A stretch of DNA of 64,000 nucleotides. It comes from an uncultured Acidobacteriota bacterium (GTDB lineage: Bacteria; Acidobacteriota; Vicinamibacteria; Vicinamibacterales; 2-12-FULL-66-21). The stretch spans positions 133,648-197,647 of the forward strand of contig CAWIAX010000003.1 of NCBI GenBank assembly GCA_963834305.1, in the 5' to 3' direction. A model generated the notes under the pieces. It saw only the letters and a program-made list of their open reading frames with translations. It searched no databases and was not told where the DNA came from. Position numbers and translations under genes: made by a program. Shown here piece after piece: positions 56,820 through 64,000 of this stretch (position 1 is the stretch's first letter; each line of letters begins with the position of its first letter).

Positions 56820-57617
56820 CTACAGCGGCGAAATCCGGCACCGCGACGCAAGCAGGCCGGTGGCCGAGCCGAGATCCAGGTCGGCCACCAGGAGGCCATC
56901 CTGGCCATACGGCTGATAGCACTGCACCGTGCCGTCCGGCCGGATCACCGCCGATGTCGTGCCCGAGCCCTCGCTGGCAGCGTTGACCGAGGCGAAGTAG
57001 CACGTGTTCTCCGCCGCGCGGCAGAGCATGGCCTTCTCGTGGAAGGTGTTGGCGGGATCGGCAAACGTCGATGGGCGATAGCTTCCCGGTTCGGCGACAT
57101 GCGCATGCGGGTGAAACACCACCTGGGCACCGCGGCGCGCCGCCCACCGGACGGTCTCCGGGTAACGCCAGCCTTCGTGGCAGATCACCACGCCGAAGGT
57201 CAGCGGGCCGAGACTGAACAGCCGACGCTCCGTTCCGATCGCCGGATAGATGCCCTCTTCGGAGGGATCGATCTGACACTTGTCCTGCCACCCGGCAATC
57301 GTGCCGTCGGGATCGATGACGCACACCGTGGCCTGCAGACCGCGCGCAGTGATGCGCTCGGTGCCCAGAATCACGGCGACCCGGGCGGCGCGTGCGGCCT
57401 CCGCCACCCCGGCCCAGGCTCGTGCGAGGAAGGCCGCATCGGCCGCCGGTGCTTCCCGGCCAGGCCACCGGTAGCCGGGGACGTAACACTCCGGAAAGCA
57501 GATCACCGCGGCGCCGCGACGCCCCGCGTCCTCAACGGCCGACGTCGCGAAGCGGACGGCATCTTCCCGTGTGGCTGGCACGCGGATGTTGGCGAGGGCG
57601 ATGCGGATGCGGCTGAT
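56820..57617 (-). CDS. Carbon-nitrogen hydrolase (nitrilase superfamily); probable non-canonical ATC start
   Basis: The Glu-Lys-Cys triad contexts are ICFPECYVPGY, WQDKCQIDP and VVICHEGWRYPE. The listed ORF starts at GTG 57581, but the family's first beta-strand (ISRIRIALANIR) is encoded in frame upstream. No ATG, GTG, TTG or CTG lies between the upstream TAG and 57581. An ATC at 57617 sits 6 nt after AGGAGG. Confidence 0.75.
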   Translation of the reverse strand: MSRIRIALANIRVPATREDAVRFATSAVEDAGRRGAAVICFPECYVPGYRWPGREAPAADAAFLARAWAGVAEAARAARVAVILGTERITARGLQATVCVIDPDGTIAGWQDKCQIDPSEEGIYPAIGTERRLFSLGPLTFGVVICHEGWRYPETVRWAARRGAQVVFHPHAHVAEPGSYRPSTFADPANTFHEKAMLCRAAENTCYFASVNAASEGSGTTSAVIRPDGTVQCYQPYGQDGLLVADLDLGSATGLLASRCRISPL

Positions 57618-57665
57618 GGTGGTCCTCCTCTCGGGCGCCGCGCGGGCGAACCCCGGCCGAGGCCG

Positions 57666-58670
57666 CTACTCCGCCGTCTTCCAGTGCACGGCGTCGAACC
57701 GGATCGGCTCGGGCCGCTTGCCGGCGATGTGCTTCATGATCTGGCGGGCGTGGAACCGGCCGTTCTCGATGAACCAGCGGCTGGTCTGGTAGCCGCCGCA
57801 CACCGTGCCCGCGATGTAGACGCCCGGCCGGGTGGTTTCGAAGGTCGTCTCGTCGTAGACCGGCGTGCGATACCCGTCTTCCGCGAACTCGAGCCCGAGC
57901 CGCTCGAGGAAAGCGTAGTCCGGCCGGTAGCCGGTCATCGCGATCACCCAGTCGTTCTCGATCGACGTGGTCCCCTCGGGGGTGCGCAGGACCAGCGAGC
58001 GCTCGCCGATCTCCTCGACCGCGGTGTTGAAGAAGGCGCGGATGCTGCCCTCCTTGATGCGGTTCTCGAGGTCCGGCCGAATCCAGTATTTGATCTTGTC
58101 GGAGAGTGTCGCGGCACGGACGATCAGCGAGACCTCGCTGCCGTGCCGGTAACAGTCGAGCGCCGCCTTGGCGGCGGAGTTCCGCGCGCCGATCACCGCG
58201 ACCTTCTGGCGGGTGTAGGCGAACGGCTCGCGGTAGTAGTGCGTGACCTTGGGCAATGTCTCGCCGGGCACGCCGAGCAGGTTCGGCCGGTCGAAGAACC
58301 CGGTCGCGATCACGAGGTTGTGCGCCTGGTGCTCGCCGCGCGTGGTCGCGACCGTGAACTCGCCATGGGCGCCGGTGACGCCGGTCACCTGCTCGTAGAG
58401 GCGCACGTCGAGCGCCTCGCGCTGGGTGACGCCGCGGTAGTACTCGATGGCCTCCTCCCGGGTGGGCTTGTATCCCTTCACCGGAAAGGGATAGCCCCCG
58501 ATCTCGATGAGCTCCGGCGTCGAGAAGAACTCCATGTTCGCCGGGTAGCCGACGATCGAGTTGACGAGGCTGCCCTTCTCGATGATGCGAGCGGTCAGCC
58601 CTTCGCGGCGCGCCTCGATGGCACACGCGAGGCCGACCGGCCCGGCGCCGATGATGATGACGTCCAGCAT
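57666..58670 (-). CDS. YpdA-family FAD-dependent disulfide reductase (putative bacillithiol disulfide reductase-like)
   Basis: The start at 58670 gives MLDVIIIGAGPVGLACAIEA, an FAD GxGxxG motif. A second Rossmann motif is VAVIGARNSAAKAA. The overall similarity pattern to YpdA (...VNSIVGYPANMEFFS...) is from recall. The rest of the 756-aa listed ORF is nonsense. Confidence 0.8.
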   Translation of the reverse strand: MLDVIIIGAGPVGLACAIEARREGLTARIIEKGSLVNSIVGYPANMEFFSTPELIEIGGYPFPVKGYKPTREEAIEYYRGVTQREALDVRLYEQVTGVTGAHGEFTVATTRGEHQAHNLVIATGFFDRPNLLGVPGETLPKVTHYYREPFAYTRQKVAVIGARNSAAKAALDCYRHGSEVSLIVRAATLSDKIKYWIRPDLENRIKEGSIRAFFNTAVEEIGERSLVLRTPEGTTSIENDWVIAMTGYRPDYAFLERLGLEFAEDGYRTPVYDETTFETTRPGVYIAGTVCGGYQTSRWFIENGRFHARQIMKHIAGKRPEPIRFDAVHWKTAE

Positions 58671-58680
58671 TGCCGGGACC

Positions 58681-58986
58681 TCAGCCGCCGCCGACCTTGC
58701 GCGGCGTCCGGCTCTTCGGCACGAACCCGCGCGAGGTGCTGCCCTTCCACGGCTGGTGGGTCTGGTGTTTCTTCGGGGGCGGCGGGACCGCCGGCGCCTC
58801 CGTCGCAGGCTGATCGGCATTCTCCGAGGCCGCATCCGCCCGCGCGGCGGACGCCCGCGCGTCGTCTTTAGCGAGGCAGCACTGCTTGTATTTCCGCCCT
58901 GAACCGCAGTAACAGGGGTCGTTGCGGCCGGGCCGCGGTCCGGCAGGGGCCGGGGTCTTCTTGGCCAAGACATTCTCCGTATGCAT
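58681..58986 (-). CDS. Small SEC-C motif protein
   Basis: The start at 58986 gives MHTENVLAKK... . The Cys4-type SEC-C metal-binding motif is RNDPCYCGSGRKYKQCC. The C-terminal tail is basic and Pro-rich. Confidence 0.7.
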   Translation of the reverse strand: MHTENVLAKKTPAPAGPRPGRNDPCYCGSGRKYKQCCLAKDDARASAARADAASENADQPATEAPAVPPPPKKHQTHQPWKGSTSRGFVPKSRTPRKVGGG

Positions 58987-59110
58987 CTGCCCGACGGTCG
59001 GTCCGGGCCGTAACGATGATGATACCCGGCCCGGGGGGCCGGCGAGCGCAAGCTCACCGATGGCACGCGTGAGGCACGAGTCGCGGCTCGCCACTTGCAT
59101 CGAAGCGGGC

Positions 59111-59230
59111 ATGTTCTTCCTCTTTTCCAAGCGTCTCGGCTGTGGCGGGTCGATCCTCGTTTCCATAATCGGCACGATCCTGCTGGTGTTGCTGTTCCGC
59201 GCCTGCTCCTCGGGCGGAGCGGCGTGGTAG
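59111..59230 (+). CDS. Possible 39-aa hydrophobic micro-protein
   Basis: The product is MFFLFSKRLGCGGSILVSIIGTILLVLLFRACSSGGAAW, with one TM helix. Third-codon positions are mostly G/C despite lying in a locally lower-GC intergenic stretch. The RBS is weak. Confidence 0.35.
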   Translation: MFFLFSKRLGCGGSILVSIIGTILLVLLFRACSSGGAAW

Positions 59231-59288
59231 CCGATGCGCTTGTTGTAGGATGCACCCACGTATGCAGAAGTCGGGTCGAGGGGGAAGC

Positions 59289-60245
59289 ATGTTTGCTCGA
59301 GTCGCAATCGGCGCCGCGTTGATGGCCGCGGCCGCGGGGTCTCCCGGAGCTCTCGCCCAGCCGCGGGCCGCCTCCGACGCGCTGCTGGGCCGATGGGATC
59401 TCGTCGTCCAGCGCGGCACGCAGGCGTCGCCGTCGTGGCTCGAGGTGGAGCGGTCCGGCACTGCCACCCTGGTCGGGCAGTTCGTGGGCTCGGGCGGCAG
59501 CGCCCGGCCGATCGCCAGGATCGAGCTCACCGGCGGCACGTTCCGGTTCGCCATCCCGCCCCAGTGGGAAGCCGATCCCCGCGACATCACGTTCGAGGGA
59601 CGGCTCGAAGGGGATCGCATCAGCGGTTCGATGACGATGGGCGACGGCGAGAAGGCGACATGGTCCGGCACGCGGGCGCCGTCGCTGCGGCGGGCCGCAC
59701 CGCCGGTCTGGGGCGAACCGGCCACGCTCTTCAACGGCACGTCCCTCGACGGGTGGCAGCCGGTTGGCCGCCGCGACAGCGAGTGGCGCGCGGTCGGCGG
59801 CAACCTGCAGAACGCGAAGAGCGGCGCCAATCTCGTCACGGTGCAGAAGTTCGACGACTTCAAGCTGCACCTGGAGTTCCGCGTCGCCAAGGGCTCGAAC
59901 AGCGGCGTCTACCTGCGGGGCCGCTACGAGCTTCAAGTGGACGACTCCGCCGGGCTGGCGCCGTCGTCACATCACCTCGGCGGCGTCTACGGCTTCATCG
60001 CGCCGAGCGAAAACGCGGCCAGGGCCGCCGGCGAGTGGCAATCGATGGATGTCACGCTCGTCGGCCGGATGCTCACCTACGTGCTGAACGGCACGACCGT
60101 CATCTGCAACCGGGAGATTCCCGGCATCACCGGCGGCGCGCTCGACAGCGCCGAAGGGGAGCCCGGACCGCTGCTGCTCCAGGGCGATCACGGCCCGGTG
60201 GACTACCGGAACATCGTGATCACGGCTGGCAAGAGCGCGCGATAG
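59289..60245 (+). CDS. DUF1080 (3-keto-disaccharide hydrolase-like, concanavalin fold) protein, secreted
   Basis: It has a signal peptide. The C-terminal half, LFNGTSLDGWQ...NLVTVQKFDDFKLHLEFRV..GSNSGVYLRGRYELQV.D...GEWQSMDV...LNG...GPLLLQGDHGPVDYRNI, is typical of DUF1080. Confidence 0.85.
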   Translation: MFARVAIGAALMAAAAGSPGALAQPRAASDALLGRWDLVVQRGTQASPSWLEVERSGTATLVGQFVGSGGSARPIARIELTGGTFRFAIPPQWEADPRDITFEGRLEGDRISGSMTMGDGEKATWSGTRAPSLRRAAPPVWGEPATLFNGTSLDGWQPVGRRDSEWRAVGGNLQNAKSGANLVTVQKFDDFKLHLEFRVAKGSNSGVYLRGRYELQVDDSAGLAPSSHHLGGVYGFIAPSENAARAAGEWQSMDVTLVGRMLTYVLNGTTVICNREIPGITGGALDSAEGEPGPLLLQGDHGPVDYRNIVITAGKSAR

Positions 60246-60300
60246 CGTCGGCGCGCCGGCCGCTTGCCGAGCTACGGCCCGCGCGCAGGCTGCTGGAAGC

Positions 60301-60330
60301 TTGACCAATCCATAAGCATATGCTTATGAT
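60301..60330 (+). promoter_or_regulatory. Putative sigma-70 promoter (TTGACC, 18-nt spacer, TATGAT) containing an 18-bp perfect palindrome operator
   Basis: CATAAGCATATGCTTATG (60311-60328) is a perfect palindrome overlapping the -10-like TATGAT (60325-60330). The ArsR-family gene GTG is at 60336, which leaves essentially no leader. Confidence 0.5.
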
Positions 60331-60335
60331 AAGCC

Positions 60336-60644
60336 GTGAGTGATGCCGCCAACCTCGCATTCAAGTCCCTCGCCGACCCGACGCGGCGGCTGATCGTCGA
60401 GCGGCTGGCGACGCGGCCGATGACGGTGCGCGAGATCACCGATGGGCTGACGATTTCCCAGCCGGCGGTCTCGCAGCATCTCGACCGCCTGAAGAAGGCG
60501 GGGTTCGTGACCGCCGCGAGCCGGGGAGCCTCCCGTGTCTACAGTGCCAATCCGGACGGGCCAGCCGTGATCCGGGCCTGGCTCGACCGCTACTGGTCCG
60601 GCGCGCTCGACAACTACCAGCGGATTCTCGAGCAAGAGGAATGA
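60336..60644 (+). CDS. ArsR/SmtB-family transcriptional regulator
   Basis: LADPTRRLIVERLATRPMTVREITDGLTISQPAVSQHLDRLKKAGFV is a canonical ArsR-type wHTH. Confidence 0.9.
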   Translation: MSDAANLAFKSLADPTRRLIVERLATRPMTVREITDGLTISQPAVSQHLDRLKKAGFVTAASRGASRVYSANPDGPAVIRAWLDRYWSGALDNYQRILEQEE

Positions 60645-61108
60645 CGCCGATTCGCAAGACCCTCATCGTCAAGGCCACTCCGGCGAGGGCGTTCGAGGTC
60701 TTCGCCCACCGCATGCACGACTGGAGCCCCGCGGTGCAGAGCCTGCTCGGCGCCCGGCGCGACATCGTGGTCGAACCACGCGCCGGCGGGCGCTGGTATG
60801 AAGTGAGCGAAGACGGCTCGCAGGCCGACTGGGGCAAGGTCCTCGCCTGGGAGCCGCCCCATCGCATGCTGCTGGCCTGGCAGCTGAACGCGCAGTTCGC
60901 CTACGATCCAGCGCTCGTCACCGAGGTGGAAGCCCGCTTCTTTCCGGAAGACGGCGGGCGGACCCGCGTCGAATTCGAGCACCGCAATCTCGAGCGTTTC
61001 GGCGAAGCCGCGAACGACACCAGGATTGCACTCGACGGCGAAGGCGGCTGGAGCGGCTCGTTCGCCCTCTACGAAGCCCTCTTCATCAACAACGGAGCAG
61101 ACAGATGA
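60641..61108 (+). CDS. SRPBCC-superfamily protein (AHSA1/START-like)
   Basis: It has the size and pattern typical of the ArsR-adjacent SRPBCC partner (I.A.P..AFEVF...W..., WGKVLAWEPPHRMLLAW). Its start overlaps the ArsR-family gene stop (ATGA). Confidence 0.8.
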   Translation: MTPIRKTLIVKATPARAFEVFAHRMHDWSPAVQSLLGARRDIVVEPRAGGRWYEVSEDGSQADWGKVLAWEPPHRMLLAWQLNAQFAYDPALVTEVEARFFPEDGGRTRVEFEHRNLERFGEAANDTRIALDGEGGWSGSFALYEALFINNGADR

Positions 61109-61473
61109 GAACGGTGGAACTGATTCTTTGCGGCCTCCTGGCGCTTGGCGGACTCGGACATCTCGCCGGCACGATCACCGGCTACCCGGCGGGGTCCGAG
61201 GTGTTCGTCTGGTCCCTTACGGCGACGGCGTTCGTCTTCCTTCTCGTGTTCCTGCACCTGCTGCGCATCTACCGTCCCGAGGACAGGCCGGTCCGGGTGG
61301 CGGCGAGCGTCGCCAGTGTCGCCTGGGTCGGCCTGGCACTCGCCTTCGGGGCGGCAGTTGGCAGCATCGCCGATCCCCGCGCGCTCATGCATGCCGTCGT
61401 CACCGCCGGCCTGCTGGTCACGAGTGCGCTGGGTGCTCGTGCGAGACCGGCGGGCGAAGCGGCCATGGCGTGA
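61105..61473 (+). CDS. Small 4-TM membrane protein
   Basis: The 122-aa product has four hydrophobic helices. Its start overlaps the SRPBCC stop (ATGA). Confidence 0.6.
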   Translation: MRTVELILCGLLALGGLGHLAGTITGYPAGSEVFVWSLTATAFVFLLVFLHLLRIYRPEDRPVRVAASVASVAWVGLALAFGAAVGSIADPRALMHAVVTAGLLVTSALGARARPAGEAAMA

Positions 61474-61488
61474 GGCCAGTGCGATCTG

Positions 61489-62514
61489 TTACTGCGCGGG
61501 CGCCGCGGCACGCCGCAGGTGCGTGTCGAGGAAGTCGGTCACCGTCTTCCACACCGGCGTGAACGGTAAGGGATTGCTGACGGCGCACCCGGCAGCGCTG
61601 GTGGATCGCATCGTTGCCGCTTCGCGGACCGCGTCGTTGGTGAGGAACGCGTTCCACGGACCGTGCCCTGCCTTGGGCAGGCTGATGAAGACGGACTCGA
61701 GACACGCCTTGTTGAGCGCCATGTAGAGCTGCTCGCCCTGGTGGTGCGGGACCAGGGGATCCGATCCGCCGTGCAGGATCATCAGGGGCGGGTCGGCGTC
61801 AGTGACGTAGCGCAGCGGATTCGCCGCCTGCACCCGGTCGGGACACGTCTGAATCGCGCAGCCCACCAGCCGGGACTCGGGTGAACCCGGGTCGTCATGG
61901 CAGCGCGGCGGCGTGCACCTGCCGACTGCCCAGGCGTCCATGGTCAGAAAATCGGTCGGCGGATAGAACGCGACAGCCGCCTGCACCCTGCTGGACACGC
62001 CGGTGGTGCCGACATCGCCCTCCATCTCGGGGGCGTCACCGGTGAGCGCGGCCATCGCCGTCGTCCAGCCCCCGGAGCTGTCGCCCATGATGCCGATGCG
62101 ATCGGGATCGAAGCGGTAGGTGGCGGCATTTGCCCGGAGCCAGCGGATCGCGGCCTTGATGTCGTGCACCTGGCCGGGAAAGCGAACCTGTGAGCTCGAC
62201 CGGATGGACACTCCCGCGACGGCATAACCGGCGGGCAGCAGTTGCGCCGCGACGCCGGGCGCCGATCGCTTGCCGGTGTCGGCCATCCATGCCGAGCCGC
62301 CGGTCCAGATGACCACGGGGATGCGTCCGCTGACAGACGACGGCATGTAGAGGTCGAGCTTGTGCCCGTTGCTGGTCGCGGGGTCGGGTGGTGCGTAGTC
62401 GACATCCGCGTGCGTGGGACTCGGCCCCGACACGGCCGGAGGGACCTGCCCGAAACTCGCGGACCCGAGGACGAGCGTGAGCAGCGTTACGAAGATCGTT
62501 GTGTGTCTGCGCAT
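61489..62514 (-). CDS. Alpha/beta hydrolase (esterase/lipase type), secreted
   Basis: It has a signal peptide, an oxyanion-hole-like VVIWTGGSAW, the GDSSGG nucleophile elbow and a C-terminal LHGGSDPLVP. Confidence 0.85.
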   Translation of the reverse strand: MRRHTTIFVTLLTLVLGSASFGQVPPAVSGPSPTHADVDYAPPDPATSNGHKLDLYMPSSVSGRIPVVIWTGGSAWMADTGKRSAPGVAAQLLPAGYAVAGVSIRSSSQVRFPGQVHDIKAAIRWLRANAATYRFDPDRIGIMGDSSGGWTTAMAALTGDAPEMEGDVGTTGVSSRVQAAVAFYPPTDFLTMDAWAVGRCTPPRCHDDPGSPESRLVGCAIQTCPDRVQAANPLRYVTDADPPLMILHGGSDPLVPHHQGEQLYMALNKACLESVFISLPKAGHGPWNAFLTNDAVREAATMRSTSAAGCAVSNPLPFTPVWKTVTDFLDTHLRRAAAPAQ

Positions 62515-63861
62515 TCAATTCCCGATGGCGAACAGCGTCCGGTCGCTGCGGAGGAACACCCGTCCGTGCGAGATCGCCGGCGAGGCGATGAAGCGCTCGC
62601 CGAGATCGTTGCGCGCCAGCACCCGCGGCGTGCGCCCGGCCTGCAGCACGAACGTCTCGCCGGTTTCGCTGACCATGTAGACCTTACCGTCGCCGGCGAC
62701 CGGCGACGCGAAGAACACCCCGCCCAGCCGATGCCGCCAGATCTCCTCGCCGGTCCGCGCGTCGGCGCAGGTCACCACCCCCACCTCGTTCGTCATGTAG
62801 AGCAGCCCCTGGTAATAGAGGATTGAGGGGACGTAGGAGGCCCCGGAGCGGGCCCGCCACTCCACGTGGCTGGCCGTGACGTCGCCACGGCCGCCCGGGC
62901 GGATCGCCATGTAGTCGCTGTTGCGGTAGCCGCGGCTCAGGTAGATCCGTCCGTCGTGAAAGACCGGCGACGGGATCGGCGTCTGACGCTTGTCGCCAGC
63001 GAACCACAGCAGCCCGCCGGTGCGGGGATCGTACACGTCGATCCGCTCGGACGAGTTCACGAGCAGCTCGGGGCCGGCCGCGCCGCGGACCACGAACGGT
63101 GTGCTGGCCGACGTGCGCTCCTCGCCGCGATCGACCTTCCATCGATCCTTCCCGGTCCGCGCGTCCACCGCCAGCAGGTAGGCGTCGCCAAGGTGGTCGC
63201 AGAGCAGGATCAGCAGGTCGTCGAAGAGCACCGGCGAGCTGCCATGGCCCCACAGCGTCCTGAACGGCGCGATCTCGACGCCGAGATGCCTTGTCCAGAC
63301 CGGCCGTCCCGCCATGTCGAGCGCGACGACCTGCCCGTTGCCGAACCACGCGTAGATGCGCTCGCCGTCGGTTGTGGGTGTGGGTGTGGCGAGGTTGTGC
63401 TTCTCGTGAACCTCGGGGAGCGGTCCGGTCGCCTTCGCGCGATGCTCCCACAGGCGCCGGCCATCGATCCGGCTGAACGCCTCGACCACCAGCCACACGT
63501 CGTCCGCCGCCGGATCAGGTCCGCCGCGCCCGCCGCCGATCGGCTGTTCGCGCTCCGCGAGCGCGCGCTCGTCCCTGGCGAGCTGCGGGTGGCCGCCCTC
63601 CCCCGCCCGTGCCGATCGGCCGACCTGCGACGTCACGATTACCCGGTCGCCCCACACGATGGGAGACGATGTGCCGAGCCCGGCGAGGGGGGCGCGCCAC
63701 GCGACGTTCTCGCTTGCGCTCCACGTGGTCGGCAGCGGGCTGTCGGTCGAGATGCCCTGGCTCGATGGGCCGCGCCACTGCGGCCAGTTGCGTGCGGACG
63801 GCTCGGCGCCGGCGAGGACCGTCGCGGCGCAGGCCAGAAGCCATGCGGAGGAGCTGTTCAC
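62515..63861 (-). CDS. PQQ-like beta-propeller repeat protein, secreted
   Basis: It has a signal peptide and NWPQWRGP. Repeated ...G.L.W... blades follow (DGRRLWEH, GRPVWTRH, TGKDRWKV, TGGLLWFA, TGEEIWRH). It is directly contiguous with the downstream hydrolase gene. Confidence 0.85.
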   Translation of the reverse strand: MNSSSAWLLACAATVLAGAEPSARNWPQWRGPSSQGISTDSPLPTTWSASENVAWRAPLAGLGTSSPIVWGDRVIVTSQVGRSARAGEGGHPQLARDERALAEREQPIGGGRGGPDPAADDVWLVVEAFSRIDGRRLWEHRAKATGPLPEVHEKHNLATPTPTTDGERIYAWFGNGQVVALDMAGRPVWTRHLGVEIAPFRTLWGHGSSPVLFDDLLILLCDHLGDAYLLAVDARTGKDRWKVDRGEERTSASTPFVVRGAAGPELLVNSSERIDVYDPRTGGLLWFAGDKRQTPIPSPVFHDGRIYLSRGYRNSDYMAIRPGGRGDVTASHVEWRARSGASYVPSILYYQGLLYMTNEVGVVTCADARTGEEIWRHRLGGVFFASPVAGDGKVYMVSETGETFVLQAGRTPRVLARNDLGERFIASPAISHGRVFLRSDRTLFAIGN

Positions 63862-63943
63862 GAACCCAGTATGCCCCGGGCCGCGGTCCTGGCGTGCACC
63901 GGCGGCATCCTTCGTCCTGCGGCACCTCGTGGGCGGGGCTGGT

Positions 63944-64000
63944 CAAGAGACCTGCTCGCCGCCCCCGTAGCGGAACACCTGCTCGAGGGGCACGCCGAAG
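63944..64000 (-). CDS. 3' end of an unidentified gene running out of the window
   Basis: The minus strand reads ...FGVPLEQVFRYGGGEQVS followed by TGA at 63946-63944. Only 18 codons are visible. Confidence 0.25.

Noticed and set aside
57666-59936. A 756-aa minus-strand ORF.
   Set aside because: Only the C-terminal 334 aa, the YpdA-like reductase starting at 58670, are protein-like. The upstream part runs antisense through the DUF1080 gene and out of frame through the SEC-C gene.
1-64000. A search for CRISPR arrays, rRNA or tRNA genes, and IS elements, integrases or transposases.
   Set aside because: I saw no regularly spaced direct repeats, no T-loop or rRNA-like conserved strings, and no DDE, tyrosine-recombinase or serine-recombinase-like ORFs in any frame.

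Overview
The window is a very GC-rich bacterial chromosomal segment. Its gene content points to a soil Acidobacteriota-like organism, which is inference only: TIGR02999/ECF43-type sigma factor paired with a Ser/Thr kinase, Tat-signal TIM-barrel isomerases, DUF1080, PQQ-like beta-propellers and a TonB-dependent receptor. I can support about 55 protein-coding loci. I found no rRNA, tRNA, CRISPR array, transposase or integrase. Most of the content is accessory periplasmic and envelope metabolism: GH32, sulfatase, an aldo/keto reductase (AKR), a PQQ dehydrogenase with a di-haem cytochrome c, peptidases and hydrolases. Stress and xenobiotic genes are also present: DinB, an AlkC-like protein, VOC/PhnB-like proteins and an ArsR-SRPBCC pair. 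Regulators include three ECF-like sigma factors and one large Ser/Thr kinase.

Points worth a second look:
1. A visibly lower-GC islet (about 23.9-28.6 kb) carries a class II Fic AMPylase divergent from a SauUSI-like type IV restriction enzyme (PLD nuclease, SF2 helicase, DUF3427).
2. An apparent operon encodes an ECF sigma factor, a TPR Ser/Thr kinase, a 66-aa protein and a TPR-GT41 (O-GlcNAc-transferase-like) enzyme.
3. At least eight loci are broken or garbled by single-nucleotide indels, and the indels are strongly clustered. There are 8 or more in one 1.1-kb enolase-superfamily gene and three compensating insertions within 120 bp of a TIM-barrel gene, while several 2-3 kb genes are intact.
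4. Gly/Arg-rich low-complexity inserts occur in three consecutive periplasmic redox proteins, and one G-run sits exactly at a frameshift.
5. A nitrilase-family gene has no canonical start codon, but has an ATC codon 6 nt after a perfect AGGAGG.
6. An internally duplicated polytopic membrane protein has no function I can assign.
7. A DUF2235/Tle1-like hydrolase is fused to transmembrane helices and an extra C-terminal domain.

The many long antisense ORFs in the track are GC-driven shadow ORFs, and I rejected them.
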